Source of the DNA: Camelus ferus
Lineage: Eukaryota
Direction: 5' to 3'
NCBI RefSeq assembly: GCF_009834535.1
Contig: NC_045707.1
Span: 54,004,001-54,068,000, forward strand
DNA: 64,000 bases
A model generated the notes under the pieces. It made no database searches, was not told where the DNA came from, and saw only the letters and a list, made by a program, of their open reading frames with translations. Position 1 is the stretch's first letter; the number at the start of each line of letters is the position of its first letter. Positions 13,363 to 27,485 of the stretch are shown one piece after another. Both the position numbers and the translations under genes were made by a program.

Positions 13363-13799
13363 GGAAAAATGCCCATATTTAAAATACATCTACGACTGTT
13401 ATTTTATTTTTAATATGTGCTAAACATTGGTTTAAAATTATTTCACAGTAGTATTATGAAATGGGCATTACTCAAAGCAAAGGCTCTGAAAAATTAAGTA
13501 ATTACCTAAGGATACCCTATGAATATGAGGATTCATATTCTAATCTGGATCTTTTGGACACAAAAAACGAATCTAATCTTTTAGCCACTAGGCCACTGGT
13601 CTCATTCATCTGGAATTTTAGATTTCACTCTGCTGAGTGAACTTCTATATCAGTAACCTTAACTTACCTTTGTTTCAGATTTATATTAGCTATTAAATAA
13701 TCTGGCTGGAAAACAAGACCACCTGGGGAAACAGTAGAATGAAAACCGTCCTGGAGAGTTGGCTAGGTTATCTGAAGGAAACTGCCTAGCCAATGTAAT

Positions 13800-14115
13800 G
13801 ACCATCTCATTCACTCATCCATTCAATTCATACAAGCAATGTTCTATAGCATAGATATATATGAATTAATTAACTCAACTATTAAATACTAGGTAATAGG
13901 TCTACAAAGAAGAATAAAATACACTCCCTGCCCTCAAAGAGTTCATTGTCTCTGTGGGGCTACAGCTCACAATTATAAACCATGTGTTTAGTGACATAGT
14001 AGAATATTGTGGGAGAATAGACAAGAGGTATAGGCTAAGGGCAGGAGAGAGCGTGAACACAGTGGCCAGTGGGAGAGAGAGGTCAGGGAATAGTTTCTGG
14101 AGGAATTAATACTTA
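13800..14115 (-). mobile_element. L2 remnant
   Basis: tcattcactcatccattcaattca...ccctgccctcaaagagttcattgtct. Confidence 0.6.
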
Positions 14116-14312
14116 CACTGAGTATCAGATGCTTGTGCTTTGGTTTTCATATTTGTGGACTGGCAACTCTTCAGATATCTTAGTGAAGGAATTCCCCTGA
14201 AGGCATAACCCTGTTTTCATCTCCCAAAGATTTGGTTACATAGTCAACAACAAATAATTGAGCACATGTGAATTGCTTAACTACTATTGTATTTCCTTTT
14301 TGTTAGGGTCTC

Positions 14313-15930
14313 TTATTTATTTTATTTTATGTATTAAAGTATAGTTGATTTATAATATTGTGTCAGTTTCAGCAAAGTGATACATATATATTTTTTATTT
14401 TTAGATTATTTTCCATTGTGTTGTTGTAAGATATTGGATATAGTTCCCTGCGCCATACTGTAGGACCTTGTTGCTTATCTATTTTATGTATAGTAGTTTG
14501 TAGCTGTTAATCTCATACTCCTAATTTGTCCTTCCCACCCTCCCTTTCCCTTTTGTTAATCATAAATTTGTTTTCTGTCTGAGTATTTTTCTGCTTTGTT
14601 TGTAAGATTCATTTATATTATTTTTTAGATTCCATATATAGATTCCATATATAAGTAATATCATATAGTATTTGTCTTTCTCAATCTGACTTCACTTAGA
14701 ATGATAATTCTAAGTCCATCCATGTTACTACAAATGGCACTATTTGATTCTTTATTATGGCTGAGTAATATTCTATTATACATTATATTTTGCATAATAC
14801 AAATATACATATATGCCACATCTTCTTAAACCAGTCATCTGTTGATGGGCACTTTTGTTTCTATGTCTTGGCTATTGTAAACAGTGCTGCTATAAATATT
14901 GAGGTTCATGTGTCTTTTCAAATTAGAGTTTTTGTCTTTTCTGGATATATGCCCACAAGTGAAATTGCTGAGTCATACGGTAACTCAATTTTTAGTTTTT
15001 TAAGGAACCTCCATACCATTCTCTATAGTGGCTGCACCAATTTACATCCCCACCAACAGTGTAGGAGGGTTCCCTTTTCTCTGCACTCTCTCTAGCATTT
15101 ATTATTTGTAGACTTTTTGATAATACGCATTCTGACCGGTATGAGGTAATACCTCACTGTGGTTTTGATTTGCATTTCTCTAATAATTAGTGGTGTTTTC
15201 ATGTGCCTATTGGACATCTGTATGTCTTCTTTGGAGAAATGTCTGTTTAGGCCTTCTGTCCATTTTATCATTGGGTTGTTTGTGTTTTTGATATTGAGTT
15301 GTATAAGCTGTTTATATATTTTGGATATTAACCCCTTGTTGGTCACATTATTTGTAAATATTTTTTACCCATTCCATAGGTTGTCTTTTCATTTTGTTGA
15401 TGGTTTCCTTTGCTGTGCAAAACCTTTTAAGTTTGACTAGGTCCCATTTGTTTATTTTTGCTTTTATTTCTTTTGCCTTGGGAGGCTGACATTAAAAAAA
15501 AAAAATTGCTATGATTTATGTATAAGAATGTTTTACCTATGTTCTCTTCTAGGAGTTTTATTGTATCATGTCTTATATTTAAGTCTTTACACCATTTTGA
15601 GTTTATTTTTTTATATAGTGTGAGGGAGTGTACTAACTTAATTGATTAATATGTAGCTGTCTGGCTTTCCCAACACCACTTGCTGAAGAGACTGTCTCTT
15701 CTCCATCGTATGTTCTTGCCTCCTTTATTGTAGATTAGTTGACCATAGGTGTGTAGATTTATTTCTGGACTCTATTCTGTCCCATTGATCTATGTGTCTA
15801 TTTTTGTGTCAATGCTACGCTGTTTTGATTACTGTAGCTTTGTAGTATTGCCTGAAGTCTGAGAGGCTTATGCCTCCAGCTTTGTTCTTTTTCGTGAGGA
15901 TTGGGTTTTTGTGGTTCCATATAAATTTTA
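14313..15930 (-). mobile_element. 5'-truncated L1 (3'UTR + ORF2 C-terminal region, decayed)
   Basis: ORF 15092-15346(-) [16 protein letters not shown]...[17 protein letters not shown]...[20 protein letters not shown] is L1 ORF2; T-rich tail at ~14313. Confidence 0.95.
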
Positions 15931-18569
15931 TTTTAAAGTGATAAATAAGGCATGCTTTTAGGCCTCAGGAAAATTCCAATCAAAGTAAGTATAAAAAATG
16001 AGTCATAGGGTAAGGATGTGATTTTTCCATTCTTGTCAAGCTAGCTATTCAAATCACTGCCAATATGTGAATGATATATGCTGCAAAAGAAAGATGGTTC
16101 AATGATCTAAGGTTTACCTGGCACTGTCTTTGGGGAGTTATGTCAATATCTCAGGCCAATACAAAAAATAAGAACTATTTTACACATATCTGACTTATAG
16201 ATTAGTTCACAGGTTATGAAGATGGTGTATGTATTCTGCCCTGACTTATTTGAAATAGATTGTGTCATCAAGAAAGGAGAAAGGGAATAAAGAGCTCTGT
16301 GAATTGTAAACTGTATTTTACTTTTTGTCTGCATAATGAAAAAAGAGGATTCTTCAGGAAAAGAAATCCTATGTTTGCTTTCAAACAGTTTTAAAAGATC
16401 GATTTAACCACTGAGAAAAAGTCCAATGTACAGAGGAAAGTCAATACATTTCCACAGCAATGGACACTTTCCATTTAATTACACCCACTATCTTTAGTCA
16501 CCCGCAGCCAGGAAGTGTCTTTCTTTTTATTGGTGTGTCATTACTGAAGAGGTTTGCCCTGTACAAAGTCAGTACTCAAGATTTGTTGAATGAACTAAGT
16601 AAGAATATGGGTATATAAAGTCCGAGTTTTTCATGTGCTTTTTAAGAAAAAGATTTACAAATGAAAGATACTATTGACAGATTCCTGAACTTTTTTGAAT
16701 CTAGCCTAAAGCAATTTGTACCAACAGCTCCCTAAATTGAGTATCCAAAGCCTTTTAAGTACATAGAGATCTAGAATTTTAGTAAATGTTATTGTAAAAA
16801 TACAAATCTTCCATATAAAACATTGCTATACTACCTTATTGTGCAAAAGAAAGGCTATATATGAAACAATCTATTTGTTCAAATGTTTCTAGGTTTTCTT
16901 TTCCCTTATTTTTTAATAAGTTGAAATTTTATATTATTATAAACTGTAGAATTAAGTTAGACCCTTTTGTAGGCATGTAAACAAAAGTAATTATTAAGCG
17001 AAGTACACAGGTAGAAGCAGTGATGTGTATAGTAAGATGTTTGTCTTAAAACATTTGTGTAAAAACTAGCATTCCTATCAAGGTAGATTTCAAATATTTT
17101 GTCTTATAAAGCATGATATTTAAAGATATGATTTGCCTTCTTTTTAAAAGAATTTGGGAAAGCAGAGTGTGAGGGGAGTGTTTTCCTATCCCAAGGTAGA
17201 CAGAATTTTGACCAGGACAGGAAATGTGCTTGCACTCTGTTGTGTAGTTTAATCCTCTTTTTAAGGAATAGTCTTGGCAGCTGTGTTCAGGTAGCTGTGT
17301 AGACTGATCTGTGCTTCCTTACCAAATCAGAACAAAAGAGAAGAAAACACATTTTAGCTATCCTGCTGCAGATAACCGAAATGAAAAATTACAAAGCAAA
17401 TTGTTTTTGGCAAAGCAGTTTCCTCCCCAGAACTGAATATCAAATGTGGTTTTCATTTTTCCACTAACATGTCACACGTTCCACTCTGGGTGACGTCTGA
17501 GATCCTGAGTCAGGATGTGGACTAGGAGGGTCCAGGTCATGGTGACAGTAATGAAGGTTGTTAGATTTATCAATGTATTAGTCATCTTGCTAAAAAAAAG
17601 CTTATATAAAATGGGTGTATATCATTGTCTTAACTTCTATTTCATTATTCTGATTTCAGTTCAATTACATAATCTAATTTGATTGAGTCCAAGAAAATAA
17701 ATTATTGTTAAAGCATAGTTATAATTTGCATTTAGGTAGATAAGGAAAAGAAAAAAAATTGAAATAGATACCTTAAAGGCCAGTGGAAACTACATTCAAG
17801 TAAAAATTCAACTTTCAAAATTTAACAATCTTTAATTTAAATGTAGCTCTAAACTTAACTTTATGGACAAAAGAAACATCTATGTGGTAATTAGGGCTGT
17901 TGTCTAGTTTCTAGCATCTCTGCCCATGCAGTTCTTTACATCAAAATGTATTTATGTCCAAGCTTATTTATCTTTCAACTATCACTAGATTGAAATAGAT
18001 CAGTGAAAGAGACAACTGAAGTCCAGAGGGAGATTGCTTTAATCATTACACAAAAGCAAAAACAACAAAAATTAAGGCTAACAATACTGTATATCCAAGT
18101 TTGTTTATCTTCAGATTATCAGTAGATTAAAATAGGTTAAGCCCAATGAGAGGTTACTTTAATCAGAAAACATCCTATGAAAGGAAAAACGATAAAGGAA
18201 TAAGATGAACTTAGGTAAAAATAAATTTGTATTAGATCAAGATTTTTTTTTTAAAGCGTTGCTTGTTTACAACAGCAGTTGATGCCCATTAACATAATCT
18301 TTGAAGACTAAACCCTAATTCTGGTCCCAAAATTATGAGTTTAAAAAAAAGATTAATACAAGCTTCCAATAAATAGTTTTCATTGCAGTTTTTGCAGTGC
18401 CAATAATATTTCTTGGCTCAAGGTAAACATGTACATTATACGAAAATGAATAAAGTTGGCATCCTATGGCACATTACACAGTAAAAATTTGGGTGAGATA
18501 TATATATATATATATTATGGTACAGATATAAAACTTGTTCTAAGGCCTCGACACAGATTTAGAAAGGTT

Positions 18570-19020
18570 TAGAACAGTGAAAGCCATTTTAAGGATTTCG
18601 TCTTTTACTCTGAGTAGAAGGATGAAATACTGCAGAGTTTCGAACAGAGGAGAATCTGGTTGGATGTGTGCTTTCACAGGGTCATCTTGACTGTTCTGTT
18701 GAGACAACAGGCAGAGGTGCAAGCAATTCAGGAAGAACAGGGTGGCAAGCTGGCAGCTGTGAATGTGATGAGAAATGATGAGAGCCTATATTTACCTGTA
18801 TTTTTAAAGAAGCGTGAAGATTTCTTTACCATGACAAATAAGGTGTGATGAAAAGACAGACACCAAAGATGACAGTGATGTCTTGGGTTGGGCACTGGAA
18901 CTAGGGGGTGGGGCTGCCATTGACAGAGATAGAGAAGGCTATGGTAGAACAGGTTTGGGGTGAAAATGAAGAGTTTAGTTTTGTACTCGTGAAGGTGAGA
19001 TGATTATTCAGTATTCAATG
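18570..19020 (-). mobile_element. L2 remnant
   Basis: ttttaaggatttcgtcttttactctgagtagaagg...gagtttagttttgtactcgtgaagg. Confidence 0.7.
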
Positions 19021-19029
19021 TATGCATTG

Positions 19030-19700
19030 CTTCCTAAAACCATGTGGCAGGGGTTTGTTGTAGTTTCTGTTTACTGATGTTGGTTATTTCTCTGGTTCTC
19101 TTGCTTTTCTGCCACATTGTATTTTTTTTTCCCCCATTTGTCTGGTCATTCTTGATTGTCTGCTTGGTTCAATATACAAATATGTAAAGAGGATTGAAGG
19201 CCTAGCAGGATTTTATTTCCTCTGGAGCATATTTGCATTTGCTTGTGCAGGCAGCTAGGGTCATCAGCAAACTAGAATGACCTTATTACCGTCAGGGATT
19301 GAAATTAGAAGCTGCATTTCCATCCTTGCAAGTGCATTTCACCCTTACTTGATGGGTGTAGACCAGCAAGGTCTTAATCAGAAGCCTGCATGGTTTACCA
19401 ATGCCCTTGGCAAGCCTTGGACCCAATTTTAATTTTTATTCCTGTAAATCTTTCAAAACCTCTTCTCATCAATTTCTTGGCCTCTCAATCACCTTTCCAA
19501 ATCTGTAGATCCCCCTAAAGGAAAAATAGAGTGAAATACCAGGTTCAAACTGGTATGTTTTATTTCTTTTCCTTTGGCATTTGGCCCTATAATTGCCTTG
19601 TTAGCATCCCAACATAATATTATACACACACACAACTCACACACTTTCTTAATCCATCTCAGTGCAGGAGTTAAATCAAATTACCATTGCCTCTACTGGA
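19030..19700 (-). mobile_element. old L1M-like remnant
   Basis: gattttatttcctctggagcatatttgcatttgcttgtgcaggcagctaggg resembles antisense old L1 5' region. Confidence 0.4.
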
Positions 19701-21149
19701 AGCAAGACTTCTTGGCCACTATATATTTAAAGCAACTTTAAATCCATGTTTTATATTTACTAAAGAAGGTAGAAAGATGAAACTTTAACAGGTGCATAAA
19801 CTGAGGTATTTTTTATTTAAAAATATTATTTTCAATCCTATTCTTGGTGGCAGGATATAGCAAGGAACAGATAGCCAAGATGCCCACACTCCTGAAACTT
19901 AACATTCTCCTGGAGGAAGACAGAAAAGACCAACATAACTGCCAGATAGCACCAGTGCTGTGATAAATTTTAAGAAGGGTCCTGTAATATAGGGCAGATG
20001 GCAACTAATTTACATTGAATAGTCAAGGAAGGGTTTTCTATGGAGAGGACACAAGAAATGAAAGAAAAAAAGAAACAAGACATATGACAATGTTCCTCAA
20101 AGTGCTGAAAAGAGTTTGCATGTGCTTGAGAAATAAGAAAGGGCATGTGCATCCATACTGTGTTTATCACAAGAGAGAACTGTAGAAAAAGATTGTAAGG
20201 TCAAGTAAGGGTGAAATCAAATAGGTCAAGATAAGAAATGTAATAAGTAAAACATATGTCTGTCTAGGTTTACTTTAAGACACTAAATTACCAACAAAAT
20301 GAAAACAAGAAAGGATAAACTCTTACCTGCTTGAAAACTCATCAAAAACAATGGAAAAAGGTGTTTTGTTTTTTTTTTAATATATCCTTCAACTCAAATA
20401 CTTCTTTTTCCTCTCCTAATGACTTCAAAACTGATCTGATATCAGGCTAAACTAGTGGGCTAATGTTGCGTAGTTCTGTTTTTTTCTCTTGGAACCAAAG
20501 TAAAATGAGAGGAAAATAAAAGGCATAAACCTAGAAGTAGCAACCCACCATTTTACAGTCTCCAGTGTGATAACCAATAAGGCAAAGACCATCAGTGCAG
20601 GCTAAAAGTCAACAGCTGCTGCAAAGAGAAAAACACTTTTACATTGGCTGTCCCTGGCAGCCATCCCCCCTGGACAATCCGTGATACAGCAAGAACTGAA
20701 TTTTCCAGACTGTGAAAATACTACCATGTGTGTGTTGTCAGTGATAGTTTCATGTTCCATTCGGGCCCCTAAGGATTGTGAGAAATTACACCCAAACATG
20801 CCTTGTGCTCTTCTTTCTTGTGTGCCACTGTACTTCAAGAAGTTTTCATTCTTTACAAATTGAACCAGGATATTTGTTTAACCTTAAAGTAGTATGTGTG
20901 CACATGTGTTATTTAATCCTAATGTGGTATGTGTGCACGTGTGTGTGAGTACGTGTCTGTGTGTTCCCTTCCTCCCAAGCAGTCATACATACGGAACACC
21001 TCTCAAGTAGTAGACCACTTTCAGAATACAGGGTTTTGGAAACAGAAGGAAAAAAAATGGTATTTCAGTGTTATAATGGCAAGTGGTGATTAAGGAAAAG
21101 ACATTAACGTTAAATACAGGATTGTAATATGACAAGATTAATGAAACGA

Positions 21150-22130
21150 CTAGAGCCAGGCTGCACATCTAGCAGGATGGGTGATCCAGGAGTCCAGCTA
21201 CAAAACCTTGGCCCATCCAGGGCCTGGTTGAGGTTTGGTGCCATCTCCTGGCAGCCTTCTGTCATGGCCTAAATAACACTGAAGATGATTCTGGCTCCTT
21301 GCATGGAGGGCTCTGCTCTCTCCCGCTGAGTGTGAAGCCTGGAGTCTTGGAGGGCTCTTCTCGGCACTTTCCCCTGCCCCCCAGCTCCGGCCAGACCCAC
21401 GTTTACAACGTAGAAAGGGTCTCTGTGCTCCTGCTGTTACCTCAACAGTTGCCTGCTGTTGTTTTTTGGTGCAAACCTCCTGGCAGGGGCAGAGAGGCTT
21501 CTCAGTTCTCACACTCTCGTCCCAGCCTTAGGTGAGCTCTGTGAACCCCAGCTTCAGGGTGGGGTTTTCTCTGCTGCCCGTGCATCTCCCTTGGCGTGTA
21601 AGGATGACGAATCTTGTGCAAGAGTGAATTTCCTGCCCCTCCCCCAGCAGCTGTGCTTTTGTCACTACAAAAGTACAAAATGTGGGCTAGGGACATTCTT
21701 CCTCCACTGCTGTAGAGGAAGGAGTTTGCTTTCTATGAGAGAAGAGTCAGGATTTCATGCCTCTCCTCCTGCAGCTGCTTCTGCAGGGTCCCCTGTCCTG
21801 AGCCCAGTCTCCCTCATAAGCACCCAGTGTGGACCTGGGTTAGAAAGCTGGTGAGGAAGTGCAGGTGACTTATGTCTGGGGTTTCTGGGGATTCTAAATT
21901 CTCTTGATATCTCACATATAATTTTTAAAGTGTGTTAAAATTTCAGTTGTTTCCTTTTTACAAATGTTTACGTCTGCCACTTTTCCCTCCCACCCTGTGC
22001 CGAAGGCCAAATAGGTGCCTGACCAGTGTCTTTTTGGAGGGGCTAGTCCTCTTTGGTATCCAGTTTACCTAGTTATACCTTATTATCTTGGCTCTATGAT
22101 GGGACCAAGAAAAGTTATGATTTGTTTAAT
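21150..22130 (-). mobile_element. probable old L1M 5' region (GC-richer)
   Basis: pyrimidine-rich, ends in gctctatgatgggaccaagaaaagttatgattt, a motif I associate with old L1M 5' ends. Confidence 0.35.
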
Positions 22131-22134
22131 TATC

Positions 22135-22320
22135 TTTTTTTCATCTTTTATTGACGTATATTTGATTTACAATGTTGTGTTAGCTTCTGGTGTACAGCAT
22201 AGTGATTTAGTCATACATATATACGTTCTTTTTCATATTCGTTTTCAGTTATTACAAGCTATTGAATATAGTTATTTTTGCTTTTATTTCTTTTGCCTTG
22301 GGAGGCTGACAAAAAAAAAT
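22135..22320 (-). mobile_element. short, internally deleted L1 3' end
   Basis: ttttattgacgtatatttgatttacaatgttgtgttag (L1 tail) joined to a segment matching 15452-15491. Confidence 0.85.
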
Positions 22321-22404
22321 TACCAACCCTACAAAGTAGGTATTATCATTCTAACCTTTTAGTTTAATAAGCAAACACAGACAGACAAAACAAGGCATAA
22401 GCTC

Positions 22405-22500
22405 TTGCTCTCAGAAGGGCCCTGCACTTGGTTTAAATCTCTGCTGTTTCCAGCTCGAAATTCTTAATTTTATCTTGGAAGGTGAAGTGAAGTTTATGAG
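22405..22500 (+). mobile_element. hAT-Tip100 (MER45-like) fragment
   Basis: ctcagaagggccctgcacttggtttaaatctctgctgtttccagctcgaaattcttaat. Confidence 0.6.
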
Positions 22501-22619
22501 GGGCAGTTACGTACAAGTGCAAGTTCTTGCTCAGGGTCATGGGCCCTCAGCAAGTACTGAGCAGTTGGCCTGGTGGCCCCACCGTAAAGGTTCCAGTCTC
22601 AGGGCAGTTTGGGGTACAC

Positions 22620-22984
22620 AGGATCTGGTTAGCTGAGCCCTTTAAAACAGTCCCTGAAAGAAGAAAGTTGGAGCAGCAGGCACACTCACCTGCTGGCCTG
22701 GAAGAAGCCACAGACACGTTTTGAACCACCAATGAAAAGAACACCGTCTAGAAGCTGCGAGTCTCAGTCCTAAAAATGCAATTCTGCCAGTAACTTGAAT
22801 GAACTTAAAGAGGACCCCGAGCTTCAGGTGAGACTGCAATGCTAGCTAACATCTTCCTGGCAGCCTTGCAATCATTTGAGAAGCCCAGATTCCTGACCCC
22901 TGTAAACAGCAAGATAATAAATAGGTGTTGTTTTAAGCACTATTTGAGGTAATTTGTTATGTAGCGATAGAAAACTAACCCAAC
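22620..22984 (+). mobile_element. MaLR MLT1D/E-like LTR
   Basis: ctgctggcctggaagaagc...gataataaataggtgttgttttaagcac...gtaatttgttatgtagcgatagaaaactaa. Confidence 0.85.
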
Positions 22985-23894
22985 AGTCACGAAATGTGCT
23001 GAAACATCATTGTAATGAGGTCATTATAAAAACATTATCACCCACAGTTTTATAGAGAACTTAAAATTTAAATGTTTAAATATTTATTTTCAGTTATTTA
23101 TGATGTTTACACAAATGTAAACACATGCCTATATTCATATGTTTGTATACTTGAGAAGCCCTGAAATGAAAAATTCACTGCACTCAAATAACAGCTGTCA
23201 AGTTACAAAATCCAACATAGACTGGCTCCAGGTCAGGCTTATCCCAGAATTTCTAAGTATCACAACTTGTAGGCACTTGCCCATTTTAAAACCATGACCG
23301 TATCAGCGTAGGCCCTGTTCTATCTTAGGTCACATGGCATGAATTCAAGATGGGGTGTAACACCACAATTCTGTGTAAATAGCAGGTGAGCTGTTGATAG
23401 AAGGTTTTTTGAAGTTTGGATGGACGAAAACTATAAAAACCAGGAATAATTTTATGCAGTTTGTATCCACAGTGAATAATTTATCAGGGAAGAAAGGCCA
23501 TAATTATTTACAGGAATCAAAAAAATCATCAAACAGGAGGGATCAGACAGTTAAATCTATCATCTTGGGCTCCTCATCTGCTCTGAACTAAGACAGAGGG
23601 CGTCTGGCAGTCAATTGACTCAAAAAGGAGAAGCCAGTGCAGTGCGTTGGAGCCACAGTTCTCTCCAGATAGAGTGGGCCTAGCCAGGGGTCCTGTGAAA
23701 ATACGATATTCCTAATTTTATGGCTTTGCTATAGTATTCATGATGTGGCTACCAAATGAGGACTTCATCAGGCATTAAAACTACAGGAAAACATGCCTGT
23801 AATTGCACTGATAACAACTGGAGAAAGGGTTATTTGGTTATATGGATGTCAAGCACAGAAGAAACAACATTTTTAAAGATTCAATAACAGTAAG

Positions 23895-24095
23895 ATAACA
23901 ATAGCTAACATTTACTAGACATGTAAGCTGCACTGGGCACTATTCTTAACTGATCTCAATTAATTCTTCAGTTAGATTTACAGTATTTCCATTTTGCAGG
24001 TGAGGAACTAAGAAAAGAGAGGTTAAATAACCAAATTAAATCACAGAGCTAAGATTTGGGCCCCAAAAGACACGCTCTAGTCCCTGAGATCTTAC
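23895..24095 (-). mobile_element. MIR
   Basis: aatagctaacatttac...ccattttgcaggtgaggaactaag...gaggttaaataac core. Confidence 0.75.
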
Positions 24096-24209
24096 TTACC
24101 TTTCAAGAATGTATCTGAGTATGATCAGTGATCTCCAGGCCAAGTAGGACAGCTCCTTGCATAACCAATCTCGTCTGTCTGACTTTCAAACACATGGAAT
24201 TAATTGATT

Positions 24210-25950
24210 TTTTTTAAGTGAAACTTTTAATTCTGTAATCATTTTAGATTTATAGAAAAGTTGGATTCAGTACATGGAACTCACATACGCTCTTTTATCC
24301 ATCTTCCCTAATACTAACTTCTCACCTTTCCTTAGTACATTTGCCAAAACTAGGAATTATCATACACTGGAACATCATTATTAACTAAATTACAGACTGT
24401 ATTAGAGTTTTTAAAACACTGTTTTAGAGAAGTTTTAAATTGACCAGAAGACACAGAGACTTTCCATATATGCCCTGCACCCAAACAGATACAGCCTCCC
24501 CCATGATCAAGGGGTACGTTTGTTACAATTGACGAACCTATATTGACCCATAGTTATCACTGAAAGTTCATAGTTTACACGAAGATTCACTCTTGGTGTA
24601 CATTCTATGGGTTTGGGGAATGTATGATTGTAGGTATCTTCTACACAGAGTGTCACAGATACAGAGTATCAAACAGTTTCACTGTCCTAAAAATCTGCTG
24701 TGCTCTGCCTGTTCATCATTTCCTCCCCCTTCACCCCTGACAACCACAGATCCTTTCACTGTCTCTAGTTTTGCCTTTTCCAGAATGTCACATAGTTGGA
24801 CTCGTACAATGTAGAGTCTTTATAGATTGGCGTCTTTCACTTAGTAATATGTATTTAAGGTTCCTCTGTGTCTCTTCATGATGTTATAGCTTGTTTCTTT
24901 TTAACACTAAGTAATATTCCCTTACCTGGATGTACCACAGTTAATTTTATTCATTCATCTATTGAAGGACATTTTGGTTGCTTCCAAATTCGGGCAGTTA
25001 TGAATAAAGTTGCTATAAACATCCATGTGCAGGTTTTTGTGGGGGCACATTTTCATATGCTTACTTGTCAGCTGTAGATCTTTGGTGAAGTGTCTGTCAG
25101 GTCTCTTGCCTATTTTTTAACTCAGTTATTTGTTTTCTTATTGTTGAGTTTTAAGGGTTCTTTATATAGTTTGTATAACAGTCCTTTATCAGATAAGTCT
25201 TTTGTAAATATTCTCAACCTGTCTGAGGCTTGTCTTCTCATTCTGTTGATAATGTCTTGCAAAGAGCAGAAGTTTTTCATTTTAATGAAGTCTGGCTTAT
25301 TAATGATTATTTTATATATCATGTCTTCAGTGTTGTATCTAAAAATTCATTGCCAAATCCAAGGTTATCTAGATTTTTCCCTGTTACCTTCTAAACGTTT
25401 TACAGTTCACATTTAGGTCCATGATTCATTTTGACTTAATTCTTCTGAAGGGTGTAAGGTCTGCATCTAAGTTCATTATTTTTGCATGTGGATGTCTAGT
25501 GTTTCAGAATCATTTGTTGAAAAATTGTCTTTTATCCATTGTATTGATTTTCCTCCTTTACTAATTGACTATATTTATAAGGGTCTATTTCTGGGCTCTC
25601 TGTTAAAAAGGAGAGTATGTGTATACATTACCATTTGGGATTCTTCTTAATCCCCATTCATTTATTTAAGCAATAATTCATTTATATAAATGTGTATTCA
25701 AATCTATTTATTTTATATTTTGAATGATAATCTGGTACTACTGGGCTTATTTTGTTGCTAAAACTATCCCAGTTTTGGCCATTGAGAGCATTTTTAAATT
25801 GGTGGCTGTGTTACTTTTATGTACACCAATGCTTTTTTTTTTTTTTCCAGCTTTAACTTATTTTCTGGCACTACACAGATGATGTGTTTTAGTGCTAGAA
25901 TCAGCCATTTCTTCAAGGAGCCCTTGTTTCTTTTAATGGAAAATGGTACT
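24210..25950 (-). mobile_element. nested old L1 copies (L1MC/MD-like; inner copy ~24410-25600)
   Basis: ORF 25122-25322(-) DFIKMKNFCSLQDIINRMRRQ...SDKGLLYKLYKEPLKLNNKKTNN is L1 ORF2; two separate 3'-end starts (~24210, ~24410). Confidence 0.85.
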
Positions 25951-26467
25951 TATTGTCCTTTGAACATCGATTATTTGTTTTTTTCAGAGGTCATTCACAC
26001 TCAACAATCCCAAGACCCATTCTATTTCTAACCCCTGCCCCTGCAACACTGCTGATAGAACCCTGTTCGTCCTGTTCTATCACAGTAAATAATATGCTGT
26101 CCTTCCTGGTGCCCAAATGAAAAACCTAGGCTTTGTCACTGAGTCTTCATGCTCCTTTAGGCCACATATAAAACAAAAAATAATTTTTTTGTTATATTTC
26201 ACTGCAATGTCCTCTTACCTTGTCACTCTGCCTCACAACTTGCCTTATTCCAATCTGTTTTCCCATTGCAACAAAATGATGGTAAACTCTACTATCAAGT
26301 GATTGATGACACCTAGAAAAATTGGTCCTACTTATCTCATCATTCCTACCTGGCATCACTTCCTACCACCCATCCAACCATCAAGTGCTTCATTCTGTCT
26401 TACCTCCAGTCTTCACCCATGTGGTTCTCTGCTTGAAACACTCTTCCCTGACCTTGACTTGGCTCAG

Positions 26468-26512
26468 TAGTATTCACCTTCCAAGTTATAGTATTCACCT
26501 TCCAAGTTATAG
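26468..26512. repeat. perfect 21-bp tandem duplication
   Basis: tagtattcaccttccaagtta x2 followed by tag. Confidence 0.95.
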
Positions 26513-27448
26513 CTTAAATTTCACTTTCATGTCCTACTGTGAATATATATATTACTGTAGCAATCCAAAAAGAAAAGTAATAATTCATACAAAATTTGAA
26601 ATGTGTACTTTTATGTGTATTTTTATTTACTATTCGTAGAACACCCTATGGTTAATGAATGATCGTATATTAGAGAGAAAGTCAACACAATTTTTGAGAA
26701 GAAATCCATATGTGTTTATGACCAAGTAATATGTGCATATCATTTTACTATGAAAGCTATTTGTAATATTAAGATTGGATTTAGTTTACTTCTTCCTATA
26801 AATAACATTATATTCCCTGAGAGAGCTTAATAAGTAAGAACATATTATTTTATTAGTGATAATAACGATGATCATTTTTGGAAAATGACAGAGTAAAATC
26901 CTCAGTAAAATCCCAAGCATCATATATCATTATCTAAGTAGTTAGGAATCAGCTTGGGCATTTTTCATGAGCATGTATAGTCTTGTGCTTTGAAAGTTAA
27001 AAAGACTGCTATATTTTCTTAGTTTGTTGGGGTACATAGATAAGACAGGCACATGATTATTATTGTGCTGAACTTTATTTTAGTTGGGTTTTAAGGTAAG
27101 TGTATGTACATTCCAATTTTTCAGTTTAACCTAGAAAGTTTGTTCCAGGCATCAAAGTTGGAACAGTAATGTAGTATATAGTTCAGTGGTAAGCAAAGCC
27201 TTGTCTGACAGAACTAACTTCTGCATCTACCTTCTCTAATATCCAAGAATCTTTCCATTATCATCATCTCTTTTAAGCCTTTTGTAAGAATACACATGGT
27301 TTATAAATATACTCAAGGTATAATGTTTCCTTTGAAAGGTAACCTATTCAGAGAAAAAAAATTGGAATCTTATGGCCAACCCGAGAAAACAAGTTCCTGA
27401 GGACATGGGCTTGGGGCATGAGATTTCTATATATGTTTATAAATGTGA

Positions 27449-27452
<4 letters not shown>

Positions 27453-27480
<28 letters not shown>
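27453..27480. repeat. (GT)n microsatellite
   Basis: uninterrupted GT run. Confidence 0.95.

Positions 27481-27485
<5 letters not shown>

Noticed and set aside
21198..21854. Cluster of overlapping ORFs in GC-richer DNA
   Set aside because: No coherent splice structure or known protein motif; probably an old L1 5' region.
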